Made by a program: the position numbers and the translations under genes
The notes under the pieces: model-generated
Told to the model about the DNA's origin: nothing
What the model saw: the letters and a program-made list of their open reading frames with translations, nothing else
The model's database searches: none
Source: Acutalibacteraceae bacterium
GTDB taxonomy: Bacteria; Bacillota; Clostridia; Oscillospirales; Acutalibacteraceae
Length of the DNA: 64,000 bases
Assembly (NCBI GenBank): GCA_045536815.1
Contig: JAZSOH010000025.1
Coordinates: 1-64,000, forward strand
Direction of reading: 5' to 3'
In this document: one piece after another, positions 27,719 to 37,532 of the stretch
Layout: each line of letters opens with the position of its first letter
Position numbering within the stretch: the stretch's first letter is position 1

Positions 27719-29386
27719 TTATTGCTCAGCTATTTGGCCTGCTTTTTTAAGTGCCTCGCCGATATTGCCGCAAAAACTATCCTTACCTAGTTTATCATAA
27801 AAGCCTGATTTTCGCATAACCTGTAGTGGCTGTTTGTTTACGTGAGAGAAAATAAGTTTTATTCCACGATTTTCACATTCTTTATGAAGAAGCTCAAGAG
27901 TGTTTAGTGCAGTCGAATCAAGGGAGGGCACCGCACTCACATTAATAACAAGACAGCGCGTATAATCTTCTAAAATAATTTTTGAGATTTTGTCTGCTGT
28001 ACCGAAGAAAAGAGGACCGCTAATTTCATAAACACTTACAGCTTTAGGAATGGCCTTTAAGGAAGAGGCTTCTTCGCTAGAGTTTGAATCTATATTTCTC
28101 CAGCTTTTTACAGAGGTTTCATCACTCATTCTCTTCATAAAGAGCACTACCGCAAGAAGAAGTCCTACCGCAATTGCAACAACAAGGTCAAAAATAACAG
28201 TAAGAACAAAGGTTAAAACAAGAATAAGAATATCGCTTTTTGGGGCAGTTTTTATTATATGCACAAACTTTTTCCATTCGCTCATATTGTATGCAACCAT
28301 AAATAGTATCGCAGCAATAGTTGGCATTGGAATAAGACCTGCATAAGGCATAAGGAACAAGAGTACAAGTAATAAAACGACTGCATGAACCATACCTGCT
28401 ATCGGAGTTCTACCACCGTTTTTAGCGTTTGCCGCTGTTCTCGCGATGGCACCTGTAGCGGGGATGCCGCCAAAAAGCACAGATGCTATGTTGCCGATAC
28501 CCTGACCTACAAGCTCAGCATTGGAATTGTGACGAGAATTTATCATACCGTCGGCCACAACACAGGAGAGTAGCGATTCAATAGCGGCAAGGATAGCGAT
28601 TGTGAAGGCATCAGGCAAAACTGCTGATATTTTTTCCAAGCTAAAAGATATACTTCCAAAATCCACTTTAGGTAAGCCTGAGGGAATTGTATAAAGATCG
28701 CGAATTGTAAATACACCTTCTTCAAAACCGGGCAAGAATTTAACCATAACAGCGCCTACTAAAACTGCCACCAGTGAGGGAGGCACCCTTTTTTCGATTT
28801 TTGGATAAATAATAAGAATTGCAAGGCTTACCGCACCTACAACAAGCGCTTGCCAAGAAAAACTGCCTATAAACTCTATGTTGGCTTCGATTTTTTCTAT
28901 TGTTTCAATAGGTTTCACTCCGCTAGCATATGTAAGACCGAGAAAATCCTTTATTTGCCCTATAAGTATTGTAATAGCAATACCTGAGGTAAAGCCGGTT
29001 GTTATTGTGTGAGGAATAAATTTGATAAGCGAACCTAAACGGAAAATACCCATCAAAATAAGCATAATTCCTGCGAGAATGGTGGCAATAAAAAGCCCGT
29101 CCATGCCCTGAGAGGCAACTATGCCTGCGACTATTGAGGCAAAGGCTGCCGTGGGGCCGGCAATTTGTATGCGGCTACCACCGAATAAAGAAACGCAAAA
29201 TCCCGCCGCAATTGCCGTGTAAATACCACAAGCAGGCTCAACACCCGAAGCGAGTGCCAAAGCAATTGAAAGCGGCAAGGCAATAATTGCGACGATAATG
29301 CCCGCTATGACGTCGTTTATTAACTGTTTGGCAGAATAGTTTTTTATAACTGAAAAAAACTTAGGTTTGAGATAAAAGCTTTCCAA
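27719..29386 (-). CDS. SulP-family anion transporter with C-terminal STAS domain
   Basis: Polytopic membrane domain plus STAS. Proposed TTG start (MESFYLKPK…) preceded by GGAGA. The longer track ORF extends to 29488. Confidence 0.8.
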   Translation of the reverse strand: MESFYLKPKFFSVIKNYSAKQLINDVIAGIIVAIIALPLSIALALASGVEPACGIYTAIAAGFCVSLFGGSRIQIAGPTAAFASIVAGIVASQGMDGLFIATILAGIMLILMGIFRLGSLIKFIPHTITTGFTSGIAITILIGQIKDFLGLTYASGVKPIETIEKIEANIEFIGSFSWQALVVGAVSLAILIIYPKIEKRVPPSLVAVLVGAVMVKFLPGFEEGVFTIRDLYTIPSGLPKVDFGSISFSLEKISAVLPDAFTIAILAAIESLLSCVVADGMINSRHNSNAELVGQGIGNIASVLFGGIPATGAIARTAANAKNGGRTPIAGMVHAVVLLLVLLFLMPYAGLIPMPTIAAILFMVAYNMSEWKKFVHIIKTAPKSDILILVLTFVLTVIFDLVVAIAVGLLLAVVLFMKRMSDETSVKSWRNIDSNSSEEASSLKAIPKAVSVYEISGPLFFGTADKISKIILEDYTRCLVINVSAVPSLDSTALNTLELLHKECENRGIKLIFSHVNKQPLQVMRKSGFYDKLGKDSFCGNIGEALKKAGQIAEQ

Positions 29387-29678
29387 TATATAGCATCTCC
29401 TTTGATACTTAAAATAATGATAATTATTATATTGATTTTTATATAAAAAGTAAATGGCAATATTGCATAATATTAACGCGCTTAGCACGAAAAATATTAT
29501 GTATATAGGTTGTTTGATTCATAGTTTTGTGTTATTATTAAGTTGTAGTGAGAATTTTGTAGTTCAAAGGCACCTTTTTAAAGAAATAATAGAAGTTCTA
29601 CCAAAAAGAGATATTTATTATATTGAAAATTCTTCTTAAAATTATATAATTGTTATGTTACTGAAAGGGTGAGATACT

Positions 29679-30596
29679 TTGAATGACTATAATTTCGGCA
29701 ATTTTTTGTACGCTTTAAGAACGAAAAAGGGATTGTCACAAGCGCAGCTTGGGGAAATGCTCGGCGTTACAAACAAAGCCGTCTCGAAATGGGAAAATGG
29801 CACCACCAAACCCAACACTTATTTAATACCACAAATAGCAAAAATATTTGGTATTACTGTAGAAGAACTTTTCGCCTGTAAAAAGATTGAAGAAGATTCA
29901 GAGCACCAAATATTTAAACAATTTTTATTACTACAAAGAAGAAAGTATGCGATTTTATCCTCAATTTTCCTTGCGATAATTTGTACTATCCCATTATTTT
30001 TAATAGAATTTATATGTATCGTTATGGGTTTCAACCTTAATGACGATGTTTTGGGACCTTTAGGAGCAATTTGTTTTATATGTGCTTTTATTATTTCTAT
30101 AACTGCTTATTTTATCTGCCGTGATATTTTAAAAAAGACTATCATACCAACCGAATCAGTATATTCAGCCCGTTTTGTTAAGTGTATAAAAAGTGCGCTT
30201 ATATTGTCAGCAACTACGTTTTTTTGTGTATTAATATTGCTGATTTTAGTATCATTTTTTTCTTCCAATAATCATCCTTTAAATATATTTGTTTCGGTTG
30301 TTGCGGCTTTTTTAATCCTAATTTTAGGCGTTTTTATATGTTTTTTAAACATAAAACAATTGTTAAAAATCAAATTCATTTCGCAGTCAAAAAAAGAAAA
30401 CAAAAAAATACAATTTTCTAAACTGCCTATTTGGGCAAAAATATGCTATATTATGATTTTTATTCCTTTTCCTCTAAGTATTATTTATTCAAATAATACT
30501 TGCGCACCAATAAAAATATTAAATTTGATTATTAAAATTATATGTTTTACTCTTGTCACCGTGATAACTATATATAATCTTAGAAAGAAGCATTGA
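29679..30596 (+). CDS. XRE-family HTH regulator fused to multi-TM membrane domain
   Basis: LSQAQLGEMLGVTNKAVSKWENGTTKPN HTH. About 6 TM helices. Confidence 0.7.
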   Translation: MNDYNFGNFLYALRTKKGLSQAQLGEMLGVTNKAVSKWENGTTKPNTYLIPQIAKIFGITVEELFACKKIEEDSEHQIFKQFLLLQRRKYAILSSIFLAIICTIPLFLIEFICIVMGFNLNDDVLGPLGAICFICAFIISITAYFICRDILKKTIIPTESVYSARFVKCIKSALILSATTFFCVLILLILVSFFSSNNHPLNIFVSVVAAFLILILGVFICFLNIKQLLKIKFISQSKKENKKIQFSKLPIWAKICYIMIFIPFPLSIIYSNNTCAPIKILNLIIKIICFTLVTVITIYNLRKKH

Positions 30597-30638
30597 GGTA
30601 CTGAATATAACTCTTATTTCAAAGGAAGAAAAATATTT

Positions 30639-31124
30639 ATGCTACAACACCCTTTTCCACCTTTATATGATGAAAACTCAAGGGTTTTAATTTTGGGAAG
30701 CTTTCCGTCGGTTAAATCGCGTGAGCAGATGTTTTTTTATGGTCATCCTCAAAATAGATTTTGGAGGGTTATATCTTTTGTGATGGGTGCTAAGCAACCA
30801 AAAACTATAGAAGAGAAAACCGAATTTTTACATACTAACCATATTGCTTTGTGGGACGTTATTGCCTCTTGTGATATTGTTGGCAGTTCTGATAGTTCAA
30901 TTAAGAATGTCGTTGTTAACGATCTTGCTAAAATTTTAAAAAACGCTGACATTAAACAAATTTTTGTAAACGGCAAAACAGCCGAGAAATATTATAATAA
31001 GTATGTAAGGCATACAATAGGCAAAGAGGCGATATGCTTGCCCTCAACCTCACCGGCTAATGCCGCTTGGAGTGTAGAGAGGCTTACTAATGAGTGGAAA
31101 ATTGTTAAAAAGTATATAGAGTGA
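30639..31124 (+). CDS. UDG-superfamily DNA glycosylase (hypoxanthine/deoxyinosine-DNA glycosylase-like)
   Basis: LILGSFPSVKS…YGHPQNRFW and LPSTSPANA motifs of the uracil-DNA glycosylase fold. Confidence 0.5.
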   Translation: MLQHPFPPLYDENSRVLILGSFPSVKSREQMFFYGHPQNRFWRVISFVMGAKQPKTIEEKTEFLHTNHIALWDVIASCDIVGSSDSSIKNVVVNDLAKILKNADIKQIFVNGKTAEKYYNKYVRHTIGKEAICLPSTSPANAAWSVERLTNEWKIVKKYIE

Positions 31125-31223
31125 TTTTTTGTCCATAAAAGATAGATTTTAAAATTTTGTTTTTCTTGAAAATCCAAATAGAATGTGTTAAAATAGTAAA
31201 AAATACAGGGAGGCTGTAATAAT

Positions 31224-32027
31224 ATGACAAAAACTATCAAAAAAATTGTAATTGCGGCGGCGGTCGTTTTGCTTGCCGTAATTGTACTTGCAAATTGTTT
31301 TACCATTGTTGGCGCAGGTCACACAGGCGTTGTTGTAACCTTAGGTAAGGTTAATGATGGCGTACTGCAAGAGGGTCTTCATGTTAAGGCTCCCTTTATT
31401 CAAAATGTCGTTAAAATTGATAACCGTATCGTTAAATTAGAGGTTGATACCGAGGCATTTTCCAAGGACCTTCAAACTGTTGCAACAACCCTTGCAATAA
31501 ACTATCGCGTAGACACTTCAAAATCGTACAGTATATATAAAAATATTGGTGCGAATTATGAATCGGTTTTGGTTATTCCTGCCGTAAATGAAGTTCTTAA
31601 AGCTACAACCGCGCGTTACACAGCCGAGGAAAGCGTTACAAACCGTTCGCTTATTTCTGACGGGCTTATTAAGGGTCTAAACGAGAAGCTTAATAACATT
31701 GGCTTGTTTGTAACAGATGTTAATATAATCAATTTTGATTTCTCTGAGGCCTTTATAAATGCTATTGAAGAAAAACAGGTTGCTCAGCAAAAGCTTTTAA
31801 AGGCAGAAACCGAGAAGCAAACCGCCATCACCAATGCAGAGGCGGCGGCTGAAACAACAAGAATAAAAGCCGAGGCTGAGGCAGATGCAAACAACAAAAT
31901 TAAAGCCTCGTTAAATGAGGATATTATCCGTGCGAAGTTCTACGAAAAATGGGATGGAAAGCTTCCTCAGGCTATGGGTAGCGATTCTGTTATAACCAGT
32001 ATCGACGGTGGCAGCTCTGCCGAATAG
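31224..32027 (+). CDS. SPFH/prohibitin-family membrane protein
   Basis: N-terminal TM segment, band-7 domain, Ala/Glu-rich coiled coil. Confidence 0.8.
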   Translation: MTKTIKKIVIAAAVVLLAVIVLANCFTIVGAGHTGVVVTLGKVNDGVLQEGLHVKAPFIQNVVKIDNRIVKLEVDTEAFSKDLQTVATTLAINYRVDTSKSYSIYKNIGANYESVLVIPAVNEVLKATTARYTAEESVTNRSLISDGLIKGLNEKLNNIGLFVTDVNIINFDFSEAFINAIEEKQVAQQKLLKAETEKQTAITNAEAAAETTRIKAEAEADANNKIKASLNEDIIRAKFYEKWDGKLPQAMGSDSVITSIDGGSSAE

Positions 32028-32102
32028 TTAAAGGAAAAAGTGTTTGCAAAAGACTTATAATTTTTTGTTATAAAACTACATAGTGAAGATTTAAACATAA
32101 AC

Positions 32103-32148
32103 TTAGTAAACCCCGCGCTATTCCAACAACGGAATAGCGCGGGGTCCT
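32103..32148. repeat. 43-bp hairpin repeat copy 1 (tagtaaaccccgcgctattccaacaacggaatagcgcggg), terminator-like
   Basis: 14-bp perfect stem. Identical to 34010-34052. Confidence 0.85.
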
Positions 32149-32152
32149 TTTA

Positions 32153-32341
32153 TTACTTAACTTCGCTATTTTCTATTGCATAATCAAGCAAAATGTTTAT
32201 CAGTTCATTCCTGGAACGGTTGGTTTGCTCTGCTAATTTATCTAGTTTAACGACAGTTTCATCCTTTATTCTAATAGAAAAGATTTTATACCCATCCTCA
32301 CCCTTTAAAGATTTTTTATTTATGATGAGTTTTTCTTTCAT
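32153..32341 (-). CDS. ribbon-helix-helix (CopG/Arc-like) small DNA-binding protein
   Basis: 62 aa. …KIFSIRIKDETVVKLDKLAEQTNRSRNELINILLDYA RHH pattern. Confidence 0.5.
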   Translation of the reverse strand: MKEKLIINKKSLKGEDGYKIFSIRIKDETVVKLDKLAEQTNRSRNELINILLDYAIENSEVK

Positions 32342-32429
32342 ACAAAATCACCTCACAAATATTATGCCTTGACAAATGTTATAAATATATGTTATAATTT
32401 GTAACATAAAATCGAAAGGAGGAGAATTT

Positions 32430-32876
32430 ATGAAAAAAGTTTTGGTAATGATGATGTTGCTGCTAGTAATTACAGTGACGATGTCTGCTTGTGTTGGGGA
32501 GGATGAGGATTTTCAGGAACCCGAAGTATCAAGTGAAGAAGCAACTGAAAACGAAGAAGCTCTACAAGAGTCTGAAGATGATTCGAAAGAAACAGAAGAC
32601 GCTGCAGGTTCTGAGGAGTTGAATTCTGAGTTCAAAGCGGCAATGGATAGCTACGAAAATTTTATGGATGAGTACATTACTTTTATGAAAAAGTATAAAG
32701 CTAATCCAACAGATTTAGGTCTACTTACCGATTATACTGAGTATATGAGCAAATATGCCGAGTTTGTTGAAGATTTTGGTACATGGGAAGATAAAGACCT
32801 CAGCTCATCGGAACTTGCATACTACGTTGAAGTACAGGCGAGAGTTAGTAAGAAGTTGCTAGAAGTAGCAGAATAA
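32430..32876 (+). CDS. acidic lipoprotein, hypothetical
   Basis: Lipobox MSAC. Glu/Asp-rich linker. RBS AGGAGG. Confidence 0.55.
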   Translation: MKKVLVMMMLLLVITVTMSACVGEDEDFQEPEVSSEEATENEEALQESEDDSKETEDAAGSEELNSEFKAAMDSYENFMDEYITFMKKYKANPTDLGLLTDYTEYMSKYAEFVEDFGTWEDKDLSSSELAYYVEVQARVSKKLLEVAE

Positions 32877-32888
32877 CGGGGTGTAGAC

Positions 32889-33173
32889 TTGAGTAAAAAA
32901 CCAATTACTACAAAAATAATAATTATTATTGCAGTTGCTCTAATTTGTCTAGTAATAACCTTATTAACAGCTTTTCTATTAGGCTCAGTAAATACAAACA
33001 TATTTGATTTTTCTAATTTGAATTTTTCAAATATGTTGCCTGTTATTATTACAGGTGGTTTTATAAGCTGTGTGGTTGTAGGAATTTTAATTATTATTTT
33101 AGCAAAAGATATATTTATCAAGGTTAGAAAGTATCTTTTAGAAACAGACAAAGATGGGGGTAAAGAACAATGA
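32889..33173 (+). CDS. small membrane protein (2 TM)
   Basis: 94 aa, two hydrophobic helices. Confidence 0.45.
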   Translation: MSKKPITTKIIIIIAVALICLVITLLTAFLLGSVNTNIFDFSNLNFSNMLPVIITGGFISCVVVGILIIILAKDIFIKVRKYLLETDKDGGKEQ

Positions 33174-33613
33174 ATTGTACAAATCATCCAGAGGTTGAGG
33201 CGCAGGGTATGTGCGCATATTGCGGAAAACCTTTTTGTAAAGAGTGTTTAGTTGAAGTAAAGGGTAGAATGTATTGCAAAGAAGATTTAGGCAATGTTTT
33301 GGACGAAGCTAAAAATTCTTCATCTGCTCAACCTACAATTAACATAACAAATACAAATGATAACGCAAACATAAACAGCAATGTAAACGCTGGAGTTATG
33401 GGTGCACCACGCAAAAGCAAAACAGTTGCTCTAATTTTGTGCATCCTTGGTTTCTTTGGACTTGCAGGGATTCATAGAATGTATGTAGGAAAAGTTGGAA
33501 CTGGCGTTATACATCTTTTAACATATGGTTTTTGTGCAATTGGAACAATTATCGATTTAATCTCCATTTTGTCCGGTGGATTTAGAGATAGTTATGGCCA
33601 ACCGTTGCTCTAA
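33170..33613 (+). CDS. B-box-type zinc finger plus TM2-domain protein
   Basis: [25 protein letters not shown] zinc finger. TM2-like [22 protein letters not shown]. Confidence 0.65.
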   Translation: MNCTNHPEVEAQGMCAYCGKPFCKECLVEVKGRMYCKEDLGNVLDEAKNSSSAQPTINITNTNDNANINSNVNAGVMGAPRKSKTVALILCILGFFGLAGIHRMYVGKVGTGVIHLLTYGFCAIGTIIDLISILSGGFRDSYGQPLL

Positions 33614-34007
33614 GATAAAAGAGAACATAAAAAGTAAAAAATATTCCCTATATTCTTTTGGTATAGGGAGTATATTTTTTATTATTTTGTATACAATAAC
33701 TAAATTATTTAACATATCTTTATGCCCCATAAAAAATGTATTTGGTGTTTCCTGTTTTGGATGTGGAATGACAAGAGCTTTTATTTGTATTTTAGAATTC
33801 AATTTTTTAGAGGCGATAAAATATAATGTGTTGTCAATACCTGTTTTCTTTGGAATTGTAATCTATTTTTTGTTAACTATGATAGATATTTTTTTTGATA
33901 AGCAATGTGTAAAAGCGATTGATTCTTGTCTAGCAAAGAAATATATGTTTTTTGTTTATATTGCAATATTGACTGTAAGCACATATATGAATAATTATTT
34001 AATTTAA
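33594..34007 (+). CDS. DUF2752-family membrane protein
   Basis: [20 protein letters not shown] signature. Start is uncertain (33576 or 33594). Confidence 0.6.
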   Translation: MANRCSKIKENIKSKKYSLYSFGIGSIFFIILYTITKLFNISLCPIKNVFGVSCFGCGMTRAFICILEFNFLEAIKYNVLSIPVFFGIVIYFLLTMIDIFFDKQCVKAIDSCLAKKYMFFVYIAILTVSTYMNNYLI

Positions 34008-34009
34008 GT

Positions 34010-34052
34010 TTAGTAAACCCCGCGCTATTCCAACAACGGAATAGCGCGGGAT
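34010..34052. repeat. 43-bp hairpin repeat copy 2, terminator-like
   Basis: Identical to 32103-32145. Followed by a T-run. Confidence 0.85.
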
Positions 34053-34215
34053 TTTATTTTTGTTATATATTATATGTAGTGGGTATTGAAGTGTGTGAAA
34101 TATCTACTAAAAAATACCTCTTCAAACTTCTTAATTTCGCTTTTTTGTATATTGCATATAGTATTCTGCTGTGATATAATACATTGTAATTTTGTTATAA
34201 AGGAAGCGTATTTTC

Positions 34216-35490
34216 GTGCAAGAAACTACTAAAATTCTATTAACACTTTCTGCGGCTCTTTTATCGGGACTTTTGCTTTCCCGTCTTGCTAAGAGGGTGG
34301 GGCTACCCGCAGTTACTGCATATTTGGTTGCAGGTGTTTTGATTGGCCCTTTTTTACTTGGAAATTTTGGAATAGGTTTCAATGCTACCTATAATTCTCC
34401 CGGCAGATATTCTATTATTTGCGACTTAGCACTTGGCTTTATTGCCTTTGCTATTGGTAATGAATTCCGCCTTGCACAGCTTAAAAAGATAGGTAAGCAA
34501 GCGACAATTGTCGGTGTTTTTCAGGCAGTATTTACAACCCTTATTGTCGATGCCGCACTTATAGCGCTTTCCTTTATTTTGCCCGAGGGATACTTGCCGA
34601 TTCCCGCCGCAATAATTTTAGGCGCTATTGCTACCGCTACAGCCCCTGCAGCAACCTTAATGGTTGTAAGGCAGTATAAGGCGAAGGGCAGCGTAACTGA
34701 TATTTTGCTTCCTGTTGTTGCTCTTGACGATGCGGTTGGTCTTGTTGTTTTTGCTATTTCGTTTGGGGTTGCAGGCGCTATAGACAGTGGTGCCATAGAT
34801 ATAATTTCAATGGTAGTAAACCCAATTTTAGAGGTTTTGCTTTCACTACTTCTCGGAACAGTTATGGGACTGCTCTTTTCTCTTTGTGAGCAGTTTTTCC
34901 ATTCAAGGTCAAAGCGTATGGCCATTTCGGTAACCTTTGTTATGCTAACAGTTGCAATATCCACCCTTAAGTTTGATATAGGCGGTGTACATATCGCTTT
35001 TTCAAGCCTTTTAGCCTCAATGATGCTTGGCACAATCTTTTGTAATGTGTGTGACTTTTCTGAGGAACTTATGGAAAGAGCGGACCGTTGGACCGTGCCT
35101 ATTTTGGTACTGTTCTTTGTTATAAGCGGCGCCGAGCTGAACCTATCTGTTTTTTCTAACTGGATATATGTTGTAATTGGTGTGGTGTATATTGCATCGC
35201 GTTCAGTTGGTAAATATTTTGGAGCGGGTATAAGCTCAAGGTTTGCAGGCTGTGACGAAAATATAGTTAAGTATTTAGGAATAACCCTTTTGCCCCAAGC
35301 GGGAGTTGCGCTTGGTATGGCGAGTGAAGCACTTGCCTTTGGCGGAGAAACCGGCACACTTGTTCAAAATATAACACTTTTCGCTGTGCTTATTTATGAA
35401 CTTGTTGGCCCGTATCTTACAAAGGTTGCACTTACTAAAGCAGGGGATATTTCGGTGCACGGAAAAACAAGCGCACGAGTTAAGAGCTAG
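34216..35490 (+). CDS. CPA2-family cation:proton antiporter
   Basis: GTG start after AAGGAAG. About 12 TM helices. No RCK domain. Confidence 0.75.
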   Translation: MQETTKILLTLSAALLSGLLLSRLAKRVGLPAVTAYLVAGVLIGPFLLGNFGIGFNATYNSPGRYSIICDLALGFIAFAIGNEFRLAQLKKIGKQATIVGVFQAVFTTLIVDAALIALSFILPEGYLPIPAAIILGAIATATAPAATLMVVRQYKAKGSVTDILLPVVALDDAVGLVVFAISFGVAGAIDSGAIDIISMVVNPILEVLLSLLLGTVMGLLFSLCEQFFHSRSKRMAISVTFVMLTVAISTLKFDIGGVHIAFSSLLASMMLGTIFCNVCDFSEELMERADRWTVPILVLFFVISGAELNLSVFSNWIYVVIGVVYIASRSVGKYFGAGISSRFAGCDENIVKYLGITLLPQAGVALGMASEALAFGGETGTLVQNITLFAVLIYELVGPYLTKVALTKAGDISVHGKTSARVKS

Positions 35491-35664
35491 ATATTGCTCT
35501 AAAATTAAATACGTTTTTTATTACGCCCATACCCTATAATTAAGCAACAGCTTTTTTTGTGGGGTGTGGGCGTAAATATTTAATAATATTTTTTCAAAAA
35601 TGGCTTGTAAAAAGTGATTATAAGTGATATAATTATTATGCTTAAAAAATTAAGAGGTGATAAT

Positions 35665-37239
35665 ATGGCAAAAACAAACTTGACCAAAAAAATCATTACC
35701 CTTATTGCTCTTATGCTTTGTGTTGTAATGGCGTTTTCTGCTTGTAACCAAACAGGCGGCGAAAACCCTGAAAAAGAGGGCGAAACGCAAAACACTTTGC
35801 AAAATGAGAATGAGGACACCGCATCTAAAGATGAGGGAACCGAAGAAGGGGATAAGGACACCGAATCCAAAGACAAGGATACCGAATCTGAAGATAAAGA
35901 TACCGAGTCTAAAGACGAGGGTACTGAATCTGAAGACAAAAACGACAAACCCTCAGGTGGTAACAAGCCTTCAAGTAACGAGAAGTCTACCGTTTGGGGT
36001 TCAAATGATGTCGATGAAATCCTTAAGTCTATGCCCGATAAGGTAAAGGATAAAGAAATTCATGTTCTTATGTGGCGTGAGTATACCGAGTCTGAGCAAA
36101 AGCAGGTTGACGACTTCCAAAAGAAAACCGGTGTTAAGGTTAGAACTACCATAACAACCGAGTATGAATATTCAACCAAACTTATTGCTCTTATTTCTGA
36201 TAAAGATGCTCCCGACGTTGTTAACCTTGGTTGCCGCGAGTTCCCTTCGCGTCCTACAAAGGCGATGCAGCTTTTGGATGAAGAAACCTTCCGTTTGGAT
36301 GACGAGTGTTGGCAAAAATCTTATATGGAGCCATATAGTGTTAAGGGCAAATACTACAGCGTAGCAATGCCTGGCACTTGGTCGGTAGAGGATACAACCT
36401 TTATTACAATATATAATAAAGCTATCCTTAAAGATGCCGGTGTAAGCACAATGCCTTATCAGCTTTATAAATCTGGTAAGTGGAATTGGGCAGAACAGCA
36501 GAAGATTATGGAAAAGGTTAAGGCAGCAGGTAAAGTTCCTATGACAACTCAAGGCGCTGACCTTTATATGCTTTCTGCTGGTGTCGACTTTGCTAGCTAT
36601 AATCCTACCAAGGGCGAGTTCGTAAGCCTTTTGGATGATACTAAGGTTCGTCCCGCAATCGAAAATTCTTGGAAAGCTCTCCAAGAAGCAACAAATAAAG
36701 AGCTTATAACAACTCAGTTTGATATTTCGGGCTTTAGACAGGGTAAATATGGCTTTATGTCTATTATCTGCTTCACCTTCTATAATCAGGGTGGCCACCT
36801 TGACGGTGTAGACGGCGGAATTCAAAATATTGAGGCAGTTCCTGTTGCAGGTCCCACACAAAGCTCGGCATATATACCTTTCCGTCCTAAAGCATGGGGC
36901 GTTGCAAAGGGCGCTGACAATGTTGAAGGCGCAGCATATTTTATCAGATATTTCCTTGACCCCAAAACTATTGATATGGATAGCACTTTCTGGCATAAAC
37001 AGTTTAAAGAAGTGTTCAATATCATAACTGATAAAAACGCTCGTAAGATGGTTCAGGTTGGTTACGGTATAACCGATTATAGTAATGGTAGAGGCACTTA
37101 CGACGCTATCGTTAATGAACTTGCAACTGCTACTGTTGGTCAGGCACCAACAATTATCAATAAGCATAAGGGTAAAATCAATATATCTATTAAACGTGCT
37201 AATGCTGCTATTGAAAGAGTTGCTAAAAAAATAAAATAA
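35665..37239 (+). CDS. extracellular solute-binding lipoprotein (SBP family 1-like) with acidic D/E/K low-complexity linker
   Basis: Lipobox AFSACN. Linker DTESKDKDTESEDKDTESKDEGTESEDK. Core LMWREYTESEQKQVDDFQKKTGVKV…. RBS AAGAGGTGA. Confidence 0.7.
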   Translation: MAKTNLTKKIITLIALMLCVVMAFSACNQTGGENPEKEGETQNTLQNENEDTASKDEGTEEGDKDTESKDKDTESEDKDTESKDEGTESEDKNDKPSGGNKPSSNEKSTVWGSNDVDEILKSMPDKVKDKEIHVLMWREYTESEQKQVDDFQKKTGVKVRTTITTEYEYSTKLIALISDKDAPDVVNLGCREFPSRPTKAMQLLDEETFRLDDECWQKSYMEPYSVKGKYYSVAMPGTWSVEDTTFITIYNKAILKDAGVSTMPYQLYKSGKWNWAEQQKIMEKVKAAGKVPMTTQGADLYMLSAGVDFASYNPTKGEFVSLLDDTKVRPAIENSWKALQEATNKELITTQFDISGFRQGKYGFMSIICFTFYNQGGHLDGVDGGIQNIEAVPVAGPTQSSAYIPFRPKAWGVAKGADNVEGAAYFIRYFLDPKTIDMDSTFWHKQFKEVFNIITDKNARKMVQVGYGITDYSNGRGTYDAIVNELATATVGQAPTIINKHKGKINISIKRANAAIERVAKKIK

Positions 37240-37253
37240 TAATTTAAAAGCGA

Positions 37254-37290
37254 AATACCTTTCCCTAAATTTTGGGAAAGGTATTTTTTA
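37254..37290 (+). terminator. rho-independent terminator
   Basis: aaatacctttccc-aaaatt-tgggaaaggtattttt. Confidence 0.8.
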
Positions 37291-37532
37291 TATTCAGTAG
37301 TAAAATAAAAACAGTTTGTGAATTTTTTAAAAAAAGTCTAAAATGTTGTTGCTTTTGAAAAAATGTTGTTGTATAATTCTATTAGAGATAAAAAGCTCTT
37401 TTATATGGTCCTCTTGGCAAGATGATTTTATTCATTCAGGTCAGTTGTCTAAGGCCATATAAATCGTAAATGTTTTTTAATATTTACATATTTTGATTAT
37501 TAAGTATTTTAAAAAATATGAGGTGACCAAAA

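Noticed and set aside
34521-35357. 278-aa antisense ORF within the CPA2 antiporter gene.
   Set aside because: Overlaps a clearly homologous membrane transporter on the other strand. Low-complexity Ala/Ser/Pro-rich translation typical of an antisense artefact.
36172-37167. 331-aa antisense ORF inside the first solute-binding protein gene (and the 254-aa one at 38103-38867 inside the second).
   Set aside because: Fully overlapped by well-supported sense genes. Cys-rich odd composition. No RBS. Mirrors the codon structure of the sense strand. Treated as spurious.
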